Assembly: GCA_030704615.1 (NCBI GenBank)
Contig: CM060733.1
Location: 75,268,001 to 75,332,000 of the forward strand
Direction of reading: 5' to 3'
DNA length: 64,000 nt
Source: Takakia lepidozioides
Taxonomy: Eukaryota > Plantae > Bryophyta
Below are positions 13,138 to 26,400 of this stretch, in pieces. Both the position numbers and the translations under genes were made by a program. Position 1 is the first letter of the stretch; each line of letters starts with the position of its first letter. Below the pieces are notes generated by a model, which saw only the letters and a list, made by a program, of their open reading frames with translations, was not told the origin of the DNA and did no database searches.

Positions 13138-14430
13138 CTTCTACCATATGTGAATGGTGTTAGGAAACATACCGAGTTGGGGCAGGTGGTTGGCCAGACA
13201 ACACTTTGGAGTCTAAAGTTACTGAAACTTATGGAGCTGCGGAAGGGATAGTCAGTATTGCACTGTTTAACAGAGTTCTTGATTCTAATAGCACCAGAAC
13301 ATACTAGCTACAACAATTCAGCCCATGTGTGGGCTTGCTTGTTTTTTGCTGGGCCTTTTGAGGCATGGATTTTTTGACCTTGTGGCTTTTGAGGTGTCCA
13401 TTGGGACATTGGTCTCATTTGGATTTTTGTAATGTGATTTATAGGGCTTGTATTCCCCTGTAGTTGACTATTTTCATTCTCCTTGTGGTTGATAGTATGC
13501 AGGAGGGATCCATTCTGTTTTCATGTTGGAATGTCACCATGTAATGAAGAATTTAAATCATTTAATCCACTTTCATTTTAAATAATAATATTACAAATAT
13601 AACCATTTGATAAAATTTTCCAAGGCTGCAATCCCCCTGTTCTTTTAAATATTAAATGAAAACTAAAATATAAAATATAAACATTAAAAATACAAACTAT
13701 TTCGGAAAACAACCTTGATGACACGTGGCATCACACCTGCTCAAACCAGAACACGTGGCAGTATATGACACGACATTTTTTATCCATATTTTCATCACGT
13801 GTAAAGATCCGTAGTCATATATGCTAGTCATATATTTTGTCTGTGTGCCACATGTCACATCTCAAGTGCAACAGGTGTCCCGCTAACAACTCTCCATGTA
13901 GACATCCCTGTAGTCATATGAGCGAGTCATGTAGTCACCACGTGTGAAATCTGTCATAGCACACGTGTCCCGCTAGCGCCTCTCCATGTAGGCATCACTG
14001 TGCAGACATGTAGTCATATGATCATGGCAAGAAGTCGTGACATGTCAAATTCGCAGTGGCGCACGTGTCCATCCGTCGCCTCTCCATGTAGGCATCACTT
14101 TGCAGACATATAGTCATATGATCCCTTGATGAATGCATGACGTGTCGCTTGCGCAGTGGCGCATATGTCCCGCTGAAGCCTCTCCATATAGGCAGCGCTC
14201 AACAGACAATGTAGTCATATATTAGTCATATAGTTGTGACTGCAACCCTCTCTACAAAAAGACTTCAGGTGCCACGCAAGCAGTCACGAATATGACTTGC
14301 AAAACGCAGTCCTAAAGACTAGTCGCTATGACAGGGTTTTTTTCACTACAGAGTGATGTAGTCATGAACGCATATAAGACTGAAAAAATAGTCATATGTG
14401 AATTCATAAAAATGCTCATCTGTTGTAGTG
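13138..14430 (-). mobile_element. Terminal ~1.3 kb of a CACTA (En/Spm) element, second copy of the 41384..54046 family in opposite orientation
   Basis: Reverse complement of ~41384..42672 with few differences; ends ...GCTCATCTGTTGTAGTG (rc CACTACAACAGATGAGC). Begins in the last codons of the accessory gene (LPYVNGVRKHTELGQVVGQTTLWSLKLL); TAGTCATAT subterminal repeats. Confidence 0.93.
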
Positions 14431-16787
14431 ATGACAAGTGCGAGGGTCTGTGATTCACCTGGGGTTCCACAATCCTCACTAACCTGTTGGTTTTTGTGGG
14501 GGCTTGTGATGGGACCAGGTGAGGATCCTCACCTACTTTGAAGCTTCTTGAGCATGCAGATTGGGATATGGGCTGAGAAGACCTGTGGGTTTTTGCGCTG
14601 TGAGGTGGCTGCTGCCTGCAGCCCCGATTTCAACCCGACTGCTCCTGGTTTGGCATGCTACAGCCTGGTTTTTGGCCTTTGTCGTTCTGCCGTCGATGCG
14701 CAGCTAGGCCTGACTGGCCTGTCTCCTGAGGCTTGCATACAAACCATACCCTACCTCTTGATCTTTGACAGCAGGGCCTGTGGATTATTGAGCTAGGTTG
14801 TAATTTCTTTTGGCCAAAGAGGATCTGGTTTTAGGTGGTATGTTTTGGCGGTTTTTGGGTCTCTATGGACATGGTGGCCTTGAAGGGTATGGTGGGCAGC
14901 CTGATAAGGCACCAACCTGCTCCTTTTCGGGCCTGTTTCTGTTGAGTACTGGATCACAGTGAGGTGTTCTTTGCATGCTTTAGCATAGAACTCTTGAAGG
15001 ATGAGGATGGTAAGCTGCAATGGGATCCTACCTATAGTTTTGGCTTTGTCATGCCATCAGGCCTATGACCTGCAATCTGGTTTTTTATATGCAAAAGAGG
15101 CTGGATCTCGGCTGTTCAAGCTGCTTGTATGTACAAGTCTTGAACCTGCAATTTGACAAGCTGAGTTCACATTCCCTTGACACCTTGTATGATCACATGT
15201 CTCGGGGTGAATACAAATGATATGGAATTTATTTCATCATGCCCAAGTAGGACTGCTTGGTGGCATATTGTGATTCTGACAAATTGCAGGCTGGTCCTTA
15301 TGCCTTGGCTGATGCATGACCTGCCATAATTAATGGCTGAAAAGGTAAGATGTTGCAACCTGTGGGTCATATCCAAGATGTATGTGTGAAAACGTGTCTT
15401 GAAATGGTAATAGGGCAGGCTGGACCATGGTACCTTGCCCTTTGCATGACCTCAACATTTTTATGCTCCTTCAATACATGACCTACTGGTAAGGTATGTG
15501 TGCAGGCTGAACGAGAGCTCCTATTCTGTCAGTTAACAACGATATTCCATCAGTAACGAAGGTCAACGAAGGTTAGCAATAACATTTTACCATGCCCAAC
15601 GAACCTGCCCAATAAAAGGACCTACGGCCAGCGAATGTGGCAATGTCCGCGGTGGTAGATCGCGGACCGGATACCAGATTGAGAAAATCAGCTCAACACA
15701 TATAGCCACCCACCTGCGTCAGCCGAAGGTCCAAGCTGGCCCAAGCCGTCAAGTATCGGGAAGGATAACCCAAGCAAACATTCCAATTTAACAATTATAT
15801 CATTGTCACATCCATCCACCTTCGTCCAACTTAGGTCGATATCGAAATTCTTAGGAGTAAAATCCTGGGAGAGCTCCTGTCATGTCACATAACATTGCAT
15901 TTCCATTAGTGAGGAAGGTCAGCTTCGTTCACCATAGGTCGAAAATAATTTGCATATGCCCTACGTCCACATGCATGCAGGGTATATGCTTGTGGACCCA
16001 ATTCCGAAATTGCCAGCATCATATGAGGGTATGAGGGTGTGATAAATGAATTGAGTTTGGGATAACTTACAAAACTCACACAACCTGGTTGAACTTGGCA
16101 TTTCAAAAGCAGACCTGACACGTGCCCCTCAAACGCATTTGACAAGCAAGAGAGAATGTTCACTTTAACCTGTGTCACTGCAATATCTTTCTTTTGACAG
16201 GACCTTAAAGAGTAAATAATATAGAAGACAATCCTACGAGAATCTTCAAAGACTTCAAGAATATGTATTTTACAGAATTCCAAATTGTAAAATTTGCCGG
16301 TCAAGCATGTCAAAAAAGCTTCAAGTAGATTGAGTTTCAATTCAGTTTGCTTAGCCCGTTCCCTTTCTGACAGCTATTCAATAGTGTCCTCAGATCCCAA
16401 ATCAATTACAAATTTTGGTAGATCATCGACCAGGCTATCGCTCATACTACTACTAGACAGTTCACATGCCCTCAGTAGCCTCGTCCAACACATACACAAA
16501 GCTATTATTCCCAAACATAGATTTTTTCTTTGTCCACGTCAACTGGTCGTCCCACTCATTCTCTCGTATTGATGATGCCTGTCTTTGGGCCTCAGCCTCT
16601 GTGTAGATTGGGAGCATCGGAAACTGCTGTGGGGTCATGGGTATGTGATTTGCGTACGTACGCAAATCCATCCTCTGCCTCCTCACATCTCCGTGCCTGC
16701 ACAAGGGCAACCATACGGTCACACTCATAAAAAGAACAGAAACGACAAACAAACCAATATTCATACAAGGTTAGTGACATGACTCAC

Positions 16788-19700
16788 TCACACATCACCC
16801 TCGCCATCGGATGTGTCCACATACTTCACTGCAGGCCTTCTAGCATGTAGCCCAGGAGGTCGTCTTCTCTTCGGACAAGTGTCCATCATAGGCTTCAAAA
16901 TGTCATCGAACACGTCAAAGTCGCTCTCCATTGCGACGATGTGTATGCCTGATGTGATTGCAACTTTCACCGAGTTTCCTACAACAGCGACGACGTCGGC
17001 CAATATAAGATAATCTGTTTTTCCAGTTTTAAGAGAAGAAGACATATGCATAACGATGGCCCCTTTAATAGTAGTGAATTTATAAGAGATTGCAACATAA
17101 GGACTCTGAATTAATATTACCTGTCGAAGCAGTCAAATCCAAAACCTTGGCCCCCTCAGCTGAACATAGCTCCATGATTGTCTGGTAGAATGCGGGGGAC
17201 TTCTCCTTCCGACCTCTATAAGGAGAACCATTTGGTGACATTGTCATCTCAGATGTGGGTAGAAAATGCCGCAACATATCAGCGGAGAAACACTCCGGAT
17301 ATTTCGATAGCACAGCCTTGGTCACTGAATTCAAATCCTGTGCAGGTCCCAAGCACCAAACAATGGACGTCGAAGAATAGCGTCTGTGCAGGAACATAGG
17401 AAATGATTACATTTGAAACACTTATAGAGTAATGTACGAAACTATTGCAAGGAAAAAAGGGATTACCTTTTCTCTTCACCAACTTTAGACTCCACCTGGG
17501 TAATTTTCTCCTTCTCTCCCGGAGGACCGTCCTTTGGGGGGTAGTCCAGATACCACGGACACAAGTCAGCATGAAGTTGAGTTAGGTTGGCCGTCTGGTC
17601 TTTAGAGAACATAGTGACTTTCTCATTGCCAGGGGTCGTCCACGCCTCAGCAACAGGGGAAGATTGTCACCCCCGTGGATGTCAAGTAGATACCTACACA
17701 AACCAAACAACCACTTTAGTTTGTGCTAATAAGGTCCTCACATAGCACGAATGGGGGTAAGAACACTTAATCAGACAACTGGGGGGGATTAATAACGAAT
17801 TCATGGACCGTGATACCCACCTACGTCCACCGAAGGGCGGGTGACGATACAAGAGGGTATAGGGTCTATAAGGGCATACATGAGGGTATATAATCCCGAT
17901 CAAATAATTTGACAAATCTAAATCTCTCACATTTATGCCTTAATTTAGGTCTTGTATGGGCCTGCCTAGGAACCACCTACGTCCACCGAAGGTGGGTGAC
18001 GAGGCAGCAGGGTTCAGGGTCCATAACATAACCTGGACAAAAGAAAAACATATAATTAAAGAGGAAAATGGTGACTGTATATTGGGGCCCCTCGAGTAAA
18101 TTAAAAAATAAGTTTTTTTTTACATTACTTATTTGTTTTTTTTCCAGTCATAATTAGTTGATGTTGGTCAATGACCCACCTACGTCCACCGAAGGTGGGT
18201 GAACGATGTTGGTTGACTTGAAACAACATATTTCTTTATCAGGGATATGTTGTGTTTTTGTTATTGGGTTTAGGATCGAAGTCTCTATCACAAATTAAAA
18301 AAAATTCCTTTCAAGAGGAAGTGCATTACGGGCAGTATACGACCCACCTGCGTCGAGCGAAGGTGGGTGACAACAGTACGTGGTTTCCTGTATCCACCTA
18401 TGTCCAACGAAGGTCCATTGAGGATATGTCTTCTCTATGGCCATAGTTTTGGACAAGCCAGAACGTTACTATGTACCTCCGGGTGTTTTTCAACGAAGGT
18501 TGGAGGGTTCAGAAGCGTCATTACATTTAGGAGAGCACCGGGTCAGTGTGGTAAGAGTAGGATTATGGGTGAGTTCGCACCTGTACAACAACCTTTTGGC
18601 AGCACGAGGTCCACCTGATTCGTCAGACAGCAGCATTGTCCTGCGATGGGACTCGATCTCCGGCTTGAACAGCTTCTTGTAGGCCTTCTTCTTCCATTCA
18701 AGTATCCACTTCTCAAATGCAAGTGCTCCCCCCTCATCTGTTTCTGTGATCTTGGCAAACAACTCCATAGCCTCTGTGGCAACCTGTTGCCATCATATGA
18801 CTGTTTAGAGATGCTCAGAACAGATGTTACAAATACAATCTGAAATATTCCATGGCAAAAAAATTCCTCACCTGAAACCACCACGTTTCCTTGGCCAACC
18901 ACTTGTCCATAATCTTGTCAGTGATCTTTCCTTCAGTTCCTGGGAAGTAGGCCTCTGCCTGCTGGCAGGTGCTGCAATATGCAACTGCAGCCACCGCTGC
19001 TTCTCTTTTGGGGATACCTCGGAAGTTGCAATTAGGTAGGCTCTCTCCAAGCCTACTCTTTTCCCCCCCTCTTGGCAAGTCTGTAGGGTTGGCAAAAACT
19101 CCGGGCCGTTGGCCGGATCGTAAATGGGAAGCTTCTTCGCCATCTGCTTAGATGCTTTAGCTTTGGCAACATTTTTAGCTGCAACTATTGCAACAGCCAT
19201 CCTTCGCGGTTCCTCTCTTCCTCTGGGGTCAGCTTCGTACCTAATCTTCGCATGTGCAATTGCCTTCATTATGTCCCCCTATATGCAAATCAATCAATGT
19301 TTATTAGCATCCTCCTTATGCATCCACATCTGTGATTCTAACCAACCGGAAAGCCACAAAGGTGAAAAGACAGGGTACTCATATGGGCTAGAATCTCGAT
19401 CATAGCCTCTTGTGTCATAGTATACCATGTCTTTCCAGCTTCCTTCGCCAATGATTTGTTGTAGTGGCGTTTGGTGAGGAGCCCTTTGTACTGCTCCAGA
19501 GGGCTTGTGCCGATCATTTGAATGTACCAGAGGTTGTGGATGTCCTCGGTCTTCACGAACCCCTTGTCATTAATACTGCAACCAACACACGCAATTTGTA
19601 TTGGTTTTCAATTGCAATCTTGTTGACTATACATTTGGAAATCCATTTCATGTGAATATCATCAAAACAAGCAGGTCAGTAGCCTTACGCATTGGTTTGG

Positions 19701-21982
19701 AACATGGCAGCTTTCAGCATAGTGCTGGCCTGGCATCGCAATATCTTCGCTTGCACACACACATGCCATGGTTTCTCGTTTGTCTTTAAACTATTGATAA
19801 GCTTCAACCACATGTGCAAGCGGTGGTTACCATCCCATACGTAAAACATCCGATTCTTTAGCCATGCCCAATTTGCATCCGCTTCGCAATCAGCATCAAA
19901 CTCATTGCTAACTTGTTTCCAATGGGCACTCCACCCCGCTCGAATCTCATCCGTCACCAAAGTAGGAATCTCCTCCTCGTCTGTAGGGGCCAAAAAGAAA
20001 TATCCACGACCTTCCACATACCCATTTGTCAAGAAATATTCTCTCAATGCATCCCCTGCATTCTCCCCAACGATTGGCCTAATTTTGGGATTCAATATCA
20101 TTCTGCAAAGGGGCACATTTGGAGGCAAGGTGGGTTTAGTAATTGCCAATTTATTCACCACGGACTGCAGGTTTCCAGCATTGTGATCATCAAGGACCTG
20201 TAACTGCTTCATAGCAGCACCTTGTTCCAACATTTCCTCGGGTACAGATGCAAGTGCAAGTGCGTTGGTCTCACGACCCCCCCCCCAACTCCCCCCCCCC
20301 CCCCACTACATGTTCATTGTACAAGGAGTGCGTTGTCGCTGCGGGCAGGTCCATCGTAGAAGCTGCATGCAGGTCCATCGTGGAAGCCGTCACAGAAGCT
20401 CCAGGGCTACTCTGCACAATCGTCCTGGGCCTAATGGCGATCTGCTTTTGGGGAGTGGAGAAGCATTGTACCTCTGAGTCCGACTGCTGGTCTGCCCCAA
20501 CCCCACCTGCGATAGCGTTTTTCGTGGGAGCCGCCAGATGTACCCGGCCCAGCTCACTTGTAGTCAGCAACAACGCCCGATCGACGTAAGGAGTCGCTAA
20601 CAGGTCCCCCTCCTCCATTGATCCATTCTCACAACCATCTGGAATTGGAAAAAGAGTGAAAGAAGACTACAGAATTCCGCTCTCTCCAGGAGGTTACTAA
20701 GGCCTCCGTCTAAGAAATTCCCGCCCCCCTCCAAATCCTGCACACAATGTGCGCATAAGCATAAAGCAAATGAAAAGGTACAACAACTACCGCCGCTTAC
20801 TAGAGCCCATTGTAGGCACGCAAAAGTAGAGCAACAAGTATGTACAAGAAAACCGAATAGGTACACCATGCGAGGAGGAAGAGCGCATAGGAAGCCAATG
20901 TTTCATGTCAGATCTATAGGCCGCTCGCTTCTACGACAGCAACCAAACTCCAGAAAAACAGAGTGCGCCAAGCAAGCATAGTCACAATGCATAAGCAGGC
21001 ACGATAGGCACAATGCATAAGCAAGCATTATATGGGAGAGCCAGTCCTGTAGTAAATGGGAGAAGAGCCGGCGGTCCTGCATCCCAGCCCATGGTGTCTG
21101 TTACAATGATTGTTTTCCCGCCCGCGTGCAAGGTCGTGATTCCATTCTCAATGTGGCTAAGTGAATATGTCACAGAAGCATTATGTCTCCTTCAACGATC
21201 TGAGAAGCACACTTTCGCTCTCTCTAAGTTGTGTAAGGGCATGGCAGGCCCGAAATAACAAAACAAGAGGAGCTGTAACAAGATGCAATGGCAAAGAAAC
21301 CATACAAAGCAAACATGCACCGTACAAGGAAAAAAGAAAAATACCTCATGCCGCTTTTTCAATACCCCCCTGTGACATAGTGCAAAAATACGTGATGGAG
21401 TGTACAAGAACAACGCGGACCGACTCGCATGTAAGAGGAATAGGAGTACACGAACAATGCGGACTAAACACGATAAGCAAACCTAGAAAACAGAAGTGCA
21501 GCTTACGAGAAAGAAGCAAAACCGAGACGATGCTCAAGGACGGCAACCAAACTCGCATGTAGGGAACAGAGGTAGACGCACAAGCCCGGATTGCTCCAGC
21601 GGCCTTCTCCAGGTGCTCAAGACGGGCAAAGTAGCCCCAACGTATACGCTGCTCTAAACCAGAACCTTAACACAAGAGAGAACCTAAGAGGTAAAACCTA
21701 CGATACCAGAAGCTTAAGATACCAGAAGCAACAAGACAAATAAAAAGAGGGCCTAGAGTGTAACAACACAAACAAGAGAGCCCACAGTGTACCAGCAACA
21801 GAACAGGGGAAGAGAATTACACAAAGCGAAAAGAACTTTACCTCATCCATTTCTCGTGAACGAGAACTGCCACCACACATCTGACGGCCACCACCGCAAC
21901 TCTGCTCTCCTGACACACTACTATTAGGGTTACATTTGCTTCGCAGATCGTAACGTCGTTTTGAAGGGTCACCTTGCTCCAT
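16788..21982 (-). pseudogene. Divergent ParB/Srx-like + amino-methyltransferase-like gene of E3 (multi-exon, apparently missing the motif IV exon)
   Basis: ORF 19685..20233 PLCRM...RMFYVWDGNHRLHMW...AAMFQTN. Exons KTWY (19338..19556), IYDPANGPEF (18868..19269), CPWYLD (~17550). KEKSPAFYQTIMELCSAEGAKVLDLTASTG (17080..17397) spliced to NSVKVAITSGIHIVAMESD (16788..16980). First exon at 21982 is a guess. Confidence 0.7.
17810..18510. repeat. Intronic cluster of (ACCC)ACCTACGTCCACCGAAGGT(GGGT) palindromes in E3 gene
   Basis: Copies at 17819, 17975, 18178, 18346, 18396; several extend to a 27-bp inverted repeat. Confidence 0.85.
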
Positions 21983-23478
21983 TCTAGGGTAAGCAGAAAT
22001 AGTAAGGTGGGTGGGACTCTGGATAAGAGGGCAACCCGTGCTTAATATACCCTTTCCACGAAAATAAATGTGACATTCTGTTTATGGCGGATGTGACCTG
22101 TGGCACATGTGACGACTAATGCGGGCCAATATTATGAAGAAACAAAACAATAGTAAACAACTAATACAAATTATAAATATTATGAAAATATTAAAAGAGA
22201 ATAGAAAATGTATTCATAAATATTGGTAAATGTGAAAAGTAAATAACAGATATTTGAAATAACATAAAGTTCAACGATAAATTTATATACTATTCATTGA
22301 AGGCAAACTTCCTTAAAATAGAATGTACCTAAAAATCGACGAAATATCGGGTAAAACAAAGCATCTTCCAGACATCTTCTATGAATCAGGCAAGAGAATA
22401 AATCCCCAGCATGCACCTTCGGCATCCGGAGGTGGCATTTTAGACACTGAATATTTATACATTATGATTAACACATCTGCAAATTAAAAAATAAATATAG
22501 AAAATAAAAACATAGACAACAAAATTATGATAAAATATTGCAATAAAAAACTCAAAATATGAATCAACATAGGGCCTACACTCTCCAACACACAATAGAA
22601 CTCCCAAAGTTCTTACCTTCGGTATCCGAAGGTGGCAAATTCATAAATATATACTACACACATTTCAGTAATAAATTGTAATGTTTAAATAGGACATATT
22701 CAAAAATAGGAAGGACAACAATAATTTTAATAACGTGAAACTCCCGATATGGAGGGACACGGGAACTGAACTTCAAAATACACGGGAACTTCTAAATACA
22801 AGACCAATTGCACTTGAAGGTTTGCGCAAACCAATGAACACCTTCAACCAATCTAACATTTATTTGGCTCCAAAATAAGATAAACATCTCAGACCATTTC
22901 ATATAATGTAAGAGTAAAAATCACCAGTGGGCACACCATTTTACAGTTAAAATCAATAGTGGTCGGAATTATTTTATCAAACATGAAATATTGTCAAACC
23001 ATTTAACTATTAGACTCATAGTAAAAACATCAGTTGGCAAACCTCCGTTCAACGAAAGTGGAAAAATTAACCAAATACATTAAAAAAAACTATCATAAAA
23101 GGCGGATATGGCATAATTACATATATAACAAAGAGTGTATAACACTAGAGAGGCACCTTTGTTGGACAAAGGTTGAAAAGTGTGGCTGAATTGGGGTCGT
23201 AGATTGTATTTCTTTCCGTGAAAAATGATGTTATCCGCCTTCAAGCACTATGACAATTGGGGGCTGCTATTTCATGAGCGGCATGAGCATGAGCGGAAAA
23301 AAAAAAGCATGAGCAGACCATTGTGAGTCCACGGAAATAGGGTTAGGAGGCACGGAAATAGGGTCATGTGAAGTTGGAATGTGGCACCAGTGGACTTGAA
23401 ATGCAACATTTTATTGCAAATTTTGTGGCAAGCCACGTCTATACAAGTGTGTTCTAACTGTCATAGCCGGAATGGGCA

Positions 23479-26400
23479 CTACTCTCCTACACCCTCCGAG
23501 GAACTTGCCCCACCTTCTTCCTCATCCCCCTCATCCTCCGAGCTCTGTGATGCATCAGTTCCACTATGCCTCTCAAAAATCCCGTCCTCTCCTTGGGGGA
23601 CTGTCCACCTCACCTCCTGGGAATCTTCTGCGTCTTCTCCCCCACTTTCCTCAGCAGAATCCAAGACAAATCTACGAGCCCGACGGGCTCTAATAGCTGC
23701 TGCCTCCTCCCTCATCTTCATTTTCTTGAGGCTTGCCTCGTCTAAAATCTGCTGTACACGACTAGGTTCGGAACACCTCCTAATGGACACCGAAGCAAGC
23801 CGGGCAGCATAAGTAGGAAGGATGTACTCCCTTTCTGGACTAGGCATGAAATCCCCCCTGGCAAAAAAAGGCACGTTCCTCCTGCCCATGAACTCCGGTG
23901 TAGACGTCCCCTCCGGCAGTACTTGGCATCCTACAGTAAGAACAAATCCACTTCAAGAATGTCAATACCAGCACAACCAGAAAGGGTTTTCAATGAAATA
24001 AGAGAGCGGAGGGAGGTGCCTCACGAAATCTGGAGGCAACTTACAATGCCACCACTCACTCGTAAACCGGGGGCTCCTCGGCCTCGATCCCAACTTCCTC
24101 CCCCCCCTGCTCCTTCTCGGATTTTTCCTCATCCTCCGAGGATGCCTCTTCCTCTTTCGGCAGACGTTCAGCCGCTGCAAGTTCCGAGTTGTGGAGGGCA
24201 GTATCTGGCTCGAAGGCGAACACATGCCTGTCGGACAACGTCCCTGCCCACATTGAAGCACCTGAGGAACAAAGGGCGGTTAATAGCTTGCGGCATGCAA
24301 TTGCAATCGGGCCAGGGGACAAACTGAGCACGTGAAGGGTTACCCGTGCCGCATGTGAGGTCCAGAATCCGCCCTTGGACATCCGAGCACGTCTCCATGA
24401 GGGTTTGGATGAAAGCAGGGCTCCGGGTCCGGCTGTACCGCCACGGTTTGCCTGTCTTTGTGTCCTTCGGCATACTGGAGTGGGGCACATAGTTGTAGAG
24501 GACATCGTAGGTTACAGGGTCCACAGCGGCATCAACAAGACGACCGTCGTTGCGGAATTTGAACGTAGACCCTCTCTTCACAAAGCAATATGCCTCAAAC
24601 ACCAATGTCTGCACATCCAACAAAGAAGGGATCAACTCCAGGTCTACTTAACATACACCACAATATGAAGTGAATGCAATAGATTGATAACTTACACTTT
24701 GGCCCTCTGTTCGCAACCCCTGTGTACTGATGCAGAACCATTTTCTGAGGAGGACCGGGGTGACACTTTTCGGTGTCCACCTTGCCACCGCATTCTCTGT
24801 GGTCTTCCCTCTCGTGGCAAGGACAACCACACATCCACCGTCATCCAGAAGCATCCCCGCCAGCCCAAACCCGGCTTTCCAGTAGTCCTCAGTAAACCTG
24901 TTCCAGGTGGGCACACCATCCAGGCCCTCCAGCAGCTCCCCATCTGGAATGTCGAGGAGAATCATGTCGCAAGCTCTCTCCACCTCAACCCCCCCCCCCC
25001 CCCGAGTGCTCTTGCAATTCGTGCTCACAGCCGTGAAGAATTCCATCATGGCTTCAAAACCAGGGGTGTCTTTAGGCTCTGTACCGCCAGCCCTCTTCTT
25101 GGCTTTCCCCTTCTGCTCCGCCAGAGACTTGTTGTGTGCCACCTTCTTCGCCCTGGCAGCGAGAGCGTCAAGGAAGCTCTCATTGACGCATTGGATGATG
25201 GTTGGAGGTTCTAGCTTTGGCCTGTGCGTAAACGTCACCGCCGAATACCGCCGTGTAGGCTCGCCCTCAAATGCCAACTTCTTGGCAGAGCCAGTCCCAC
25301 TCCGAACTGACTTGGGAACCCGGACGACCGGTGACTGGGTAGGAGCAAGCAGTTGCAGGACCTTGAACAAAGTCGTCGTCCGAGTCACTCTCTTGGGTCC
25401 CCTCCTGCGCCTCCTCCGATGCCCCGATGGTTTTCTTCTTTTGGGTGTTACTGCACTCACCTGTTTCCTTGTCCTTTTCCTTTGGCCTTTACTCTTCTCA
25501 TGCAATTTCTCCTGAATTCTGCCTGAGCAAGCTCTGCCGCTTTCCTGGAGTTCGCAAGCGCTTTTGCCTCTTTTGCACCCAACGGAGGCAGCGGAGCCCG
25601 GTTTCGTCGGAATTCAGCATCCAGCTTCAATTGAAACTCGGATGGGTCGAGCGAGCCGGGCGGAAGGTCCACATACCAGGGCAATCACGCAAATGTTCCA
25701 GATGCCACTCCTTCACAATATCGTCAGTGTACATGGAGTCAGCCCCAGGGTTCCTCCATGCCAGGAAGAATGGTGGCTCGAAAGACAGATGACCTTTCTC
25801 CAAAGGGAGAACTTGCAGTACCTGCATTCATGAAAACACAATGAGGTCCCTGAAATGCATATTCGGCACCATTTTCCCAGGTTGGGGCGGATGTGTGGGC
25901 CTAGAAATGGAAAAATGGCGCCGAATTTCGGTTTTCGGTGACTGCCACCCTAGGGACTTAGCCATCTTGGAGCCCTGAACTGGAAATTCGGCGCCATTTT
26001 CCCGGTTTGGCCCGAAGATGGCTAAGTCCCAGAACCCAATAGGGCCTAGAACTGGAAAAATGGCGCCGAATTTCCAGTTCAGGGCCAGCCACCCTAGGGA
26101 CTTAGCCCGAAAATGGCTAAGTCCCTGAACGGCAATAGGGCCTAGAACTGGAAAATGGCGCCGAATTTCCAGTTCAGGGCCAGCCACCCTAGGGACTTAG
26201 CCCGAAAATGGCTAAGTCCCTAGGGCCCTGGAAAATGGCGCCGAATTTCCAGTTCAGGGGGACTTAGCCGGGGGGGCCTAGAACTGGAAAAGTTCCGGGC
26301 TAGGGACTTAGCCCGAAAATGGCTAAACGGCAATAGGGCCTGAACTGGAACCGAATTTCCAGGGGCCAGCCAGTCTAGGGACTTAGCCCGAAAATGGCTA

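Noticed and set aside
14431-15500. Possible degenerate retroelement coding sequence on the minus strand
   Set aside because: Short broken frames with no recognisable motif; left unannotated.
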